From assembly GCA_040954595.2 (NCBI GenBank), contig CM082595.2, positions 9,351,918 through 9,415,917 of the forward strand: a stretch of 64,000 nucleotides of DNA. Reading direction: 5' to 3'. Positions 40,152 to 51,155 of the stretch are shown here, one piece after another (position 1 is the first letter of the stretch; every line of letters begins with the position of its first letter). Origin of the DNA: Balanoglossus misakiensis (lineage: Eukaryota > Animalia > Hemichordata). Both the position numbers and the translations under genes were made by a program. The notes under the pieces were generated by a model. The model was not told the DNA's origin, did no database searches, and saw nothing but the letters and a program-made list of their open reading frames with translations.

Positions 40152-42424
40152 CTGGAGTGACTAGCAATTTTTGCAAATTGTACTATTAATTGAATTCATA
40201 ATTTAATTATTAGTTTTTTTCAATGAAATATTCAAATCCATACAACCCAAAGATGGCTCCTTCATTATTTCTATGGAAATTTCACAGTTTATTCTTTTCT
40301 TTCTGCACACTCGCAAACATCTTGAAAATAATCATAGAAAAATATCGAAATATATTGTACTGTGAACAAAACACTAATTTCCTTGAAAAAAGTTTAAAAA
40401 ACGGCTACTTTTCGGAAATTGGAAAATGTTTTCTATACTGTTATATATGAATTCCCATTCAAAGTTTCCAACCAATTGGACTTGTGGTATTACCGAAGAC
40501 TATTTGGCCAAACCCTGCAGAAATTCCCAAAAAATACAATTATGCAAATTTCATTACAATTTGATCATATCTGACTGAGATCACCCCTAGAAACCCAAAT
40601 ACAAAGTATCAAAACAATTGCACCTACATTTCACAGGATTGGATTTTTTGGCAAAAACAGGAAATATTGCCCAAAAATGCATTTTTGCAAATTTCACCAC
40701 CGTTTGCACAAATGTGATTCAGGTAAGCCCTATGAACCTCCATACCAAGTTTCCAATCAATTGGACATGTAATTTCAGAGAAAATTTTTTTTTAACAAAA
40801 CTGCAGAAAATTCCCCAAAAAATTCATAAAAAATAGGAAACGCCAGATACTGACTCCACCTGAACAAAATCATACGAGGTCTTCCCAAAGTACTTGCACA
40901 CCAATGCACGCCAATTTTTAACTTAATCTGATCCGCTGTTATTAAGTTTTTCAATTTTGACTATTTGAACATTTTTCCAGTTAATACCAGTATGCATTTT
41001 TTCGCAATAACAATTTCTATGTACACACTAAATATCAGTAGTTTCAAGTTTTTGATGTTGATGGACATACACATACATACATCAATACATTAAGACGAAA
41101 CTGATCCATTCACAAAATACATAATTCTGTATGAGGCACACATACAGACATACATAGCCGACGGACACCAACTTATGCTATAAGCTGACATTTATATACA
41201 TGTTAGCCAAAAACCAAAATCAACCTCAAAATAGACATTAAAATATATTGCACCACCATGAGAAGACAAATTCATTTTTTGACAAATTTTCTGGGGCGTC
41301 ATTGATATAGCATGGCATATTGTCAAAGTACGTAGGCTCTGTGATAAGATTCCATACACACAAAATGGTAACCTTGGAAGTCCAGCTGACGTAGTTATGC
41401 AATGGCGTCTCGTGTATTCCGTCGCCAAAAAATCATCGTAAACTAATTGATAGTCGGGGTCACAATTCAAGACGACTTTCTCTAAATTCTTTATGAATGG
41501 ATTAAATCGAAATCGAAATGTTGACGTATGACGTACGGAATGAGATCTGAACAGACATTCAATGTTATCATTCTCGCTCGATCACATATTGGGTAGGCCA
41601 TCTAGCAATCGCTATATAGTATTGGCGATAACAGACTGTCTATAAACACACAAAACGGATTTTACTGTTGAGTGTGATCAACCGCCATGTTATTTTTCTC
41701 TGAACAATAGACAAATAGAAAGCCTGGTGACATTTTGAGATTGACTGCGTGAGGACCACAATATGCGTGAATCATTTACGGTTTGTCTTGATGAATGGGT
41801 CACGTCATAGTCATAACGCGGATTCGGCTGCACGCCAACTATCCGCCATATTGTCTCCACTAACTTACTCGTAAGTAGTTTCAAACTTCATTTGAAAAGA
41901 GTATTCGTCTGACGGTCCTGTAGATTAACAATTTACGCTCTATGAAGCAACTAAACAACGTTAGCTTCCTTGTGGATTCACGTAGGGAAGTTATTCGTAA
42001 CGACGGGTACAGCGTCTGAGCATGGACAGAACCACGGCAATATCGCCAGGAATGTCTCATTTCACAGCGCCCTCAAACAGTCGATCTCCTCAAACTATCG
42101 TTTCCACTGGTCATATATGCAGCATTAACGAAAGCTCTCATAGACAACCATGTAATAGAAAAATTAAAACTTTAATAACTTCATTAATATCAAAGCCACA
42201 CCCACCAAAACCTTTTCAGTTCTTGCCATATGATATCTGAACCTGTGTACTAAATTTGGTTGAAATCGGTTCAGCGGTTCTTGAGATATCGGGTATACAG
42301 ACAGACACACACATACACAGACATCGCTAAACTATAAGCTCACGTGATTTTCAGGTGAGCTAAAAATTGGGTTACCCCTAGGAATATTCCTACCATATTT
42401 CAAAGCCATCAAAAAAGCAGTTTC

Positions 42425-45400
42425 AAAGAAAAACACATTTGTTCAAAAGTGGCAAAAACACAAATATGCAAACATCTCTATAATTGTACACCATCTTACT
42501 TCAATCACTACAAGGAACATTCCTGCCAAAATTCAAAGCAATCTGACAAGGGTTTGAACGGTTTAACAGAAAACAGTTTTTGACAAAGATTGCAAAAATA
42601 TCCCCAATAACACAAGCACGCAGTTTTAACCATTTTTATGACATCTTCCTTGGGTTACCCCTGGGAATCTGCCTACCAAATTGCAAAGCATTCTGACCTT
42701 AATTGGCAAAATTGCTCAAAATTATAAATATGCCTATTTTACAACAATCTGAACAAAAAATATGGTAACTCGGACCACCCATAGGAAGCTTCATACTAAA
42801 TTTCGAAGGAGTCGGACTATCGCTTTCAGAAGTGAAGATTTTTTTTTACCAATAATGTGGAAAAAGACAAAAAAAATTAATAAACATTAGAAAATTCATA
42901 ATATTAGCTCACAACATACAGGACTGTATGGGGTTCATTGACATACCAATCTGACCAGTGGTTGTCAAGTTTCTGACTTTTGACCAATTTCACATTTACA
43001 CAGGTAATATTTTGGCAATGACAATTTCATTTGAACAAAATCCCATCTACAGCCCCGCCTGCATCTACACACTAAATATGGAAGTGATATGCCCAGCGGT
43101 TTTCATCCATTCACTCATACATACAAATGCAACTGATTCCATAAGGTCCCAATCGTATATATGTACATAAACCAAATGGGACCTAAAAATTGCTCCAAAA
43201 TTATAAATACGCAATTTTTGGCAACAATTTAAACAAAACTATGGTTGGTAACTCAGATCACCTATGAAGCTTCATAATAAATTTCAAACAAGTCAGCTGA
43301 TCAATTCCAGAAAAGTAGGTTTTTACCGACAATGTGGAAAGAGACAAAAAAAATGCTTAAAAATAGAAAATTCACATTATTAGCTCACAACATGTAGAAT
43401 TGTGAGAGGATACCATAAGGTACATGCATACCAATTATCAATTTTGAAAGCAATTTGCCCAGTAGTTGTTGAGTTCCCAAGTTTTGACGAATTTGACACT
43501 TTCCCAGCTAATTTGCATATTTTGGCAATGACAACTTCACTTAGACAAACTCCCATCTACTGCCCTGTCTGCACATTAAATATCAAGGTGAAATGCCAGT
43601 AGTTTCCAAATGTTTGATGTTGATGGACATACAAAAATCCATACATACAGGTGCAACTGATCCCGTAAGGTACCATGGTATAAATACATATACCAAATGG
43701 GACCTAATAATTCTGATAAAATGCGTACATACGTACATACATACAAGTCAGCAATAAAGAGACGGGATAGTGGGCTGGCACTGAGTGTCTATTTCTATTG
43801 CAAATTATAAACATGCAGCAAGTGTAAAAACCACATGTACCTTCAACGTCCTTGGACAACACATTTTTGTAACTTTCCCAGATCAATGGCTAATATTACT
43901 TGCCAAAGGCGACTAGAATTTTGGGGGCCTGATGCAAGTCTGATACATGTACTTCATGATTTAGAGATATGATGAAAATCCTGTCAACCGAATTACAGGG
44001 AAATCAGATTTTCCATGTAAAATCATATCACCCAAAAGTGTCAAAAATAATTTTGAAACAAAAAGTCTACTCAAAATCATACCAAAATTTAAATGTTAAT
44101 GCAGTACGTTAGGCAAGCAATTTGAGAATGAAGAAACTTACAAAATAATTTATAAATTGTAAATAATTTACAAATGCCGCACACAAACTTACAATTACTA
44201 CCATATTACTGAACATGTTAAAAGGACATTGTACCAGCAGAGACATTGTGATCGAGCAATCCCCAAGATATACATGACATGGTCTAATTACAAATATTGA
44301 ATATGTAAAATATGTACACAACACTTCCAGTCTTACAGTACAGTCAGCTGCTTGTGAACAATAGTCATGTAGCTATTTCATCAAATTTACAGCCCAAGTC
44401 TTGCCTATACAATTCTCCCTACTTTAAACACGTTTTAAGCTACCCTAAATGAGTGATGAAAATCTCATACGGTCGATAATTTCAAGATGGCCGATTTTTG
44501 CCATGTTAAAGAAATGGGAGTTCATAAGCTAAAATGATGATGGGTCATTCTTGAACTTTTTAACAGAAAAAATAGCAAAAGTGAAAAAAAGTTTAATATG
44601 CTAACTACCGAGACAGAAATGTTTGACCGAAGGAAGTCATGAAATACAGTAAACATATCATTTCTTCTATCTCTTACTACAGTTGGTTATGGACTTTCCG
44701 CCCAGAATGCAATGAGATTTGACACCTAGCGCAAAGTGAAAAACCTATTTAAAGCAGCCAGAATTTTCTGCATAGTATGACGGAAACATTTGTAAAGTCA
44801 TGGCTAGCATGGGTTGGCAGGTTTATGGGACCCGCTCAGGTTCCCTCGAATAACACATAATGCATGATTGGTGACTGATTATTGTTTATTTGTTGATTTT
44901 GTCACATTTTCAGAAAAATCCCTATCAATCAGTCATATTTGTTTGGCCTTGCTATACAGCGCAATATGAATCTTGTTGACTGAAATTGTTGAGGATAGTG
45001 GTACATAAAGGTTACCAATTGGAAAATATTAAAATGATTATTAGTGGTGTCCAACTCTTCATGATAACCAGTTGTGGCTTGCCACCACCATAATTTTAAA
45101 AGGGTGACTTCACTATTTGATGGGAAAAGGTAGCATTTACAAACAAGCTATGGAGCATGTATACAGCAAGGTGTGCTTACCGGAAAGCGGTCTTGGATCA
45201 GGCCTAGGTATTCTCTTCCTCCTCCGGCATACGTTGAAATGCTGTGTTTAAGACTGTGAATCAAATATATGCAAATATTAATTAGTAACCAATCAACCTT
45301 GCTTTAGAATTATGTGGGCCATACAAATTAGTGAAAATATGCAAAACATGGTATAATATAGGGTCAGAAAAAATTTCCAGCCTATTTGTGTCATGATTTA

Positions 45401-46300
45401 CATTTTTCTTTCTGGCCTAAAGTATTGTTTTATTTCACTCTAAACAACATTACTTTCCTTCATGCGTCTAATATAATAACAGATCTCTTAGCCAGTTTGA
45501 TTAAGCATAGTGTAGGACTAGCACACGTTCAGCCAAAGTTAAAGTATCTCCCTGTGTATTGATATGGGAGTAATTTTAGCTATATGGTTAAAGGGACAAA
45601 GTCTCTCTGTCGCTGTCCTTTTTCCATTAATTATGTTTGATACAAGACACTGTTTATGTCAATGTATATTTGGATATATAGTGAATAAATGATCAACCAC
45701 ACAAAACTTCCATCCCGCTTGTATGATATGAGAGTAAAAACTCGCCCAAAATGAATAAATGGTAAAGAACGATTATTCATTTTGGCGAGTATTTTTACTC
45801 TCGTGTCTACAAGTGGGACGGAAGTTGTGTGTGGCTGAACGTTCATTCACTATATATCTACATGTAGAATAACAAACGGTGTCTTGTATCAAATATAATT
45901 AATGGAAAAAAGGGCAGCGAGAGAGAGACTTTGTCCCTTTAAGGAAATGCATCCACATTTATTTTATGCTCCGCGTGAAGATTTGAACTTGTGAGTTGTC
46001 CATCTAATTCATGACATCACGATCATATCACAAGCAATCGAGGCCAGAATTCGAAAGGGAAAAAACAGGTACATTGTATTGAAAGCTGGAATATGTAAAT
46101 TAGTTCGTAGACATACATTTCTTCCTATTGTTTCGGTTGCAACACCCGATAAAAGCAAATATAAAGCAAGTCATGCTTACCATTGAGCGGTCTTAAACTC
46201 GCCCCGGACAAGGAAGAGAATCCCGAGTTGAAACGCAGACAGTTTCAGGCAGCATCTGTGAATCAAATAGACATAGAAGTTAGTAACCAGTCATAGAAGC
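42425..46300 (+). repeat. Direct segmental duplication, copy 2
   Basis: Collinear with 31735-36985; lacks ~35798-36415; carries an extra MITE at 45592-45938. Confidence 0.88.
45592..45938. mobile_element. TTAA-target MITE family A, inserted after the duplication
   Basis: TTAA at 45588-45591 and 45939-45942; empty site tatatggTTAAggaaatgc at 36638-36641. Confidence 0.93.
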
Positions 46301-46458
46301 TCTGCGTGGCAGGGCTGCGTGTTAACGGCTATACCATAGCTCCCACTGGTAGCTTTTAACAGTCTCAATGGTGCCAAAAATCTCCCCAACAACAAAACCA
46401 ACCCTGGTCAGTTTATTCGCTATCGCTTTGCCTTAAAAGTTATACTGTAGTGTGTTAC

Positions 46459-46871
46459 CACAGGGGGCTCCTCCCTCCGCGATTTTATTGTTTGTTTGTT
46501 GTTGTTGATTGGCATAATAAACAAATACATATTTCTTTATTAATAAATATGGTTTGTTGACATGTAAGTGTTAGGGTATATTCAACAGTTAGGGTTACTG
46601 TTGGCATTTTTTTCGATCCACGGCCCCGGGCATCACTAAGCCACAGGGGGTGGGGGGGGGGGTTTGGGGGGGTGATGCCGGCCATGGATCGAAAAAATGC
46701 CAACACTAATTCTAACCGTTGAATATACCATAACCTGTCAAATATACCCTAATAACCTAACCCTTACATGTCAACAAACCATATTTATTAATAAAGAAAT
46801 ATGTATTTGTTTATTATGCCAATCAACAACAACAAACAAACAATAAAATCGCCTAGGGAGAGCCCCCTGTG
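46459..46871. mobile_element. Foldback MITE with 7-bp TSD (P-element superfamily-like)
   Basis: gtgttac|cacagggggctc ... gagccccctgtg|gtgttac; ~200-bp inverted arms; CA...TG ends. Confidence 0.85.
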
Positions 46872-47249
46872 GTGTTACGGTACCACCTGCTCCACAATAA
46901 CAAAGCTGACTCGAGCCAACGAACGACGTACAATTTACTCGCACGGTGTAATATAACGCACAAATTCCATGCGACTGTGAGTTTACTGTTTGGTGCTGTA
47001 ACGCTTCCCAAAGTCAGAATTTCGATGTTGGGAGGACCCTCTCGCCCTACCACGACCAGTTTTTGCTAGAAGGAGTGTACATGTACTTGTAAAATAACAT
47101 TAAATGCCATGCTTACCAGAGAAACGACATCATCAAGCATGGAGGCGACCGGGACCTCCATGCTTGATGAACGTCAAAGCTGCAATGATTTTTCAAATGC
47201 AATGGTCAGCGGTACGAGAACGAGGCACCAGCTGTGCGTCAATTATGCA

Positions 47250-47950
47250 ACTTACTTACTACTCAATCAGAATCCTGCTTCAACATGACGTAACACTAAT
47301 TAGTCAAAGAATGCAATGCAACGTATGTGTGCGGGTGGAGAATGCGCCTCACGTCAATGCAGACACACCAGACACACACACTGAAATGCAAATTGAGGAA
47401 TTATGTCACGGTGTTCTTTGGAAGTGCGAATGAATAAAATATTTCGTTTTCTTCAGTGTTTTTGTACTACAAAAAAAATTGCTAAAAAACGACTAGCAAG
47501 CGCTTATGCAATAAAATACAAATAAATATAATTATCGCCAATTGGAAATGGAACGTCAATCCGCATTTGTCAAAAAATAACAGAAAAGACAAAGGAGCTG
47601 AGACGTCCTAAAATAAAAGGAATGACCTCTCTGTTCTGACCTGTATGAGGAAGCCCTATTGTAATACGCAATATGTCGGATCATGCTACCATCCGCCATT
47701 CTGATTGGACGAGAGATCAATCCATCGATACGAAAGTACTCAATAGAGCACTGCTAAAACTGGCCCCTGAACTAATAGCATGCAACAGGGAAAACGTGAC
47801 TAAATAAAAAAAAATATAGCTGATAAATTTACGGACGGCCGGTTTATTTTTTAACTGCTCTATTGGAACTGTTGTCACTGTCATGCACGATGCATGTCTT
47901 GTCATTGCGCACTCGTGTTAACATTCATCAGAGCGCCTTTCGATCAATTC
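47250..47950. promoter_or_regulatory. Promoter-like region
   Basis: Raised CpG; CRE-like tgacgtaa and tcacgtca; several CCAAT/ATTGG; ccgccatt (YY1-like); minus-strand donor gtaagt at ~47250. Confidence 0.35.
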
Positions 47951-49459
47951 GTAACGTTTACATTAGACTCGAGTTCATTTTCGTTATGAAAATGACATTG
48001 ATATACACAAAGTCGATTACTGATATAAAATAATAGCAATAACCCTAACCATAGATTAGGCTATAGCATTCCGGTATTTTTTTCAATATCACTCAGGAAG
48101 GATTCTATAACATTCTGTTTTGTATCGGGATGTATAATTTAATATCCATACTACAAAACAAATATCAGCGGTAACTCAGAAAATATTGTTGAAAATTTGT
48201 TCTCTGTAGGCCTAACCATGGTAAGATAATGCAATGCCGGTAAGTATTTTGGAAGTCAAGGTTGCATTGTATTGTCTGGTGTTCAAATAATCACAAACAT
48301 CCCGGAAGACTAAATTCTTTCTGTCAAAACCACTTCTGCAACGACAAGAACTTTCAGGGCAGGCAAAACCATGGCATGAAGACGATATGAAGTCGATGAG
48401 TTAATGTTATGTTGAACCCGGCCACTTTACGTATCTTAACTATTCACACATTGACCATTCTATAATTCTCTCCCTTTTGATGTCTTCTTTGTGGTTTGTT
48501 TGTAAAAATGTTGCCTGTGTTGAAACTTGACTACTTGTCACTTTTGCCTACCAAGAATAATATGACCAAAAGGGGTGGCATGAAATTCTAGACTGTAACA
48601 AAACTCGATTTCATGACCCAAAGTTTGATTTTATGTGTTTTTGGTTTGGACGTGGCAAAGACATGTAAATTCCGACCACCTATACACCATCCATACATGT
48701 ATGAATCGACATCATTTATTGCACGAGAGACTTCAAGCAAGCATTCCATCATCGCAAAAGGACAAAGAGAGAGCGACTTTGTCTCTTTAAATTAATTTAG
48801 CAAGTTCAAAGTGAATGCCCACATGAAAACCTTTACTCAGCAATTTTTTTTGTAATTAATAAAACTAGGTTTGGTATGTTTTTGCGCTTGTTTTATTTTC
48901 CTTTTGTCTATAAATAGTCGTATATTTTAAAACAGCTAAAATGAGTCAAATGGGGCATTTTTCCATCCCACCTCATCCTAGCTAAGAGCTTCAGTGCCGG
49001 TCACCTCCACAAAATTAATTTACCACGAACAAATTGAAATACAGCCAATCGGAAAAAGTGCGCCACCACATGGTCATTTGAAGACTTTTATGTTCCTTCT
49101 GGCCGTAAACGCATGTGATCTGGAATAAATCGAACATCGATCGTGTTTTATTTATTTTCACCACCAGCGAAAATCTACGACGGCCCAACCGCAGATTATT
49201 GCTGCTCCATACAACAACCGGCTTAAACTGTTCTGTGCATGTGTTTTGTGTTCTGGTGGCGTTTGCGGGTCTGAGACGTCATTTGTAGAAGGCCCTATTC
49301 GTTTTCTACCAATAACTTTTACCAACCATGCTAGAACTATTTCGTTTTCTTTGACGACGCTTGACACTTTTCTTGCTTTGTTGTTAGTACATGTAGTTTG
49401 TTTGTTCGTTACGTCTGTTACTGGGGTTCTTCACTTGTAGTCTGGTTACACTATGAGAT

Positions 49460-50930
49460 AGGTGCCGTTAATCAGAATTTTTGGTAAGGAAGGTTTGAGA
49501 AGTCCATTCTATGTAAAAAATGGTGCTCATTCCAAAAAAGTCAGTCTTATTAACCCCACTCAAGACAAAATTGCCATTTTGGCCTTTTTAACCCCAAAAT
49601 GGTCTTTTTTAGAAAACACTAAAAACACATTGTTTTCGTCACATTCTGAGATCTGATAACATATGATATGCTTATTCTATGTAAAATTTGGTGAATATTA
49701 CGAAAAAAGTAGTTCGATTGACCCAAAACAACAGAAAATTGCCTTTTTGACCAATTTTTGCCCCCCAAAAAATAAAACACACGGTTTTCTTCATAATGAT
49801 TGATCTGGTGATATATGGAAAGTCAATTCTATGTTAAAAGTGGTGACTTTAAAAAATAAAGCAGTCTTTTTGACCTCAATCAATACAAAAATGCCATTTT
49901 TGGCCACTTTTTGTGGTCAAAAAAGGTCATTTTTACAAAAAAACTAAAAATAAATTGTGTTTATCATATTCAGAGATCATTGGATATATGAAATGTCCAT
50001 TCTATGTAAAAAATGGTGCTGATTCCAGAAATAGCAGTCTTATTGACCCTACTCAAGAAAAAAATGCCATTTTTGCCACTTTTTGCCCCAAAACGTCATT
50101 TTCAGAAAACACACAAAATTTATATATTTTCTTCACTTTCGGAGATCTGATAATGTATTATATGCCCACCCTATGTAAAATCTGGTGATTATTCGAAAAA
50201 AGCAGATTTATTGACCCAACCTAATGCAAAAATGCCCTTTTGGAAAGTTTTTGCCCAAAAAGGCCATTTTTAGAAAAAAAATTAAAAACAAACTTTTCTT
50301 CATAAAGCTCAGAGATCATGTTATATATGAAATGTTCATCCTATGTAAAAAATGGTGCTGATTCCAGAAATAGCAGTCTTATTGATCCTACTCAAGAAAA
50401 AATGCCATTTTGCCACTTTTTGCCCCCAAAACGTCATTTTCAGAAAACACTCAAAATTTATATATTTTCTTCACTTTCGGAGATCTGATAATGAATTATA
50501 TGCCCACTGTATGTGAAAAGTTTCCAAAAAAGCAGTTTTATTGATGCCACTCAAGATAAAAGTGCCTTTTTGGCAAGTTTTTGCCCAAAAAGTGTCATTT
50601 CTAGAAAATACGAAAATTATGCCATTTTCTTCCCATTGGTGATCAAATGATAAATAAAAGTACTAAAAAACCCACTCTTACTGACCCCACTGAGGGAAAA
50701 AAATATCATTTTGGCCTCTTTGCTCAAAAAGGTAACTGTTAGAAAAAATAAATACAAACTTATTCCTTTATATTCAGAGCCCTTGTGATGTATGTAAATT
50801 CGTTTTTTGTGTGTGTGTGTGTGCAAAAAATATGCTGATACCAGCACAACGGTCTTATTGAGACACCCCGCTCAGTACAAAATTGCCATTTAGCCATCTT
50901 TTGGTCAACAATAGGCATTTTCAGAAAACA
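49460..50930. repeat. Degenerate AT-rich ~170-bp satellite with ~338-bp dimer similarity
   Basis: ctatgtaaaa.tggtg...gcagtcttattgaccc recurs every ~170 bp; ~49970-50300 closely matches ~50310-50620. Confidence 0.85.
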
Positions 50931-50945
50931 AATATAATTGATGTT

Positions 50946-51155
50946 CTATCGTGGCGGCTGTCCGGCTCCTGCAAACGCAGCGTACTGAGACACGAATGGG
51001 TTCGGGTATGACATCTGCTGGAAGTGTTGCTGGTATGCTGCGGCTGGATAGGGTGGGGGTTGTTGGTTCGCAGAAGCTACAGGCTGGGGTGTGTTTGTGC
51101 TTGTGCTTGTTGTGGCAGTATCAGCAGAGGTTGCTATGCTTTTCTTTGTCTCTTC
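50946..51155 (-). CDS. Orphan terminal coding exon, T/S/Q/P/Y-rich with a PPxY motif (unknown gene)
   Basis: tttttatcctccacag| then 69 open codons plus TAG: EETKKSIATSADTATTSTSTNTPQPVASANQQPPPYPAAAYQQHFQQMSYPNPFVSQYAAFAGAGQPPR*; GC-rich relative to flanks. Confidence 0.65.
   Translation of the reverse strand, partial: EETKKSIATSADTATTSTSTNTPQPVASANQQPPPYPAAAYQQHFQQMSYPNPFVSQYAAFAGAGQPPR

Larger units (their letters stand above)
37610..40446. mobile_element. 2.84-kb non-autonomous foldback element with 38-bp TIRs and inverted 69-bp arrays (unclassified)
   Basis: atataacagtatagaaaacattttccaatttccgaaaa at 37610-37647 and its exact reverse complement at 40409-40446; TA-rich ends; sits inside a HINE-like host repeat. 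Confidence 0.8.
35613..47179 (-). ncRNA. Putative spliced non-coding (or 5'-UTR/micropeptide) transcript; exons 47179-47117, 46255-46181, 45253-45181, 36937-36863, 35685-35613
   Basis: Each exon has a cag acceptor (atttgattcacag or aatcattgcag) and a G|gtaagca donor; 63-75 nt; no long ORF; exon A is identical in both duplicates. Transcription is not shown. Confidence 0.45.

Noticed and set aside
38095-40189. ORFs in the 69-bp arrays and their CRISPR-like palindromic appearance
   Set aside because: The unit is a multiple of 3, giving artefactual ORFs; sequences between palindromes are identical rather than unique spacers; no cas genes; eukaryotic context
27000-50900. Numerous 60-130 aa ORFs in the ORF track
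   Set aside because: They fall in MITEs, HINE-like repeats or satellite and show no domain motifs
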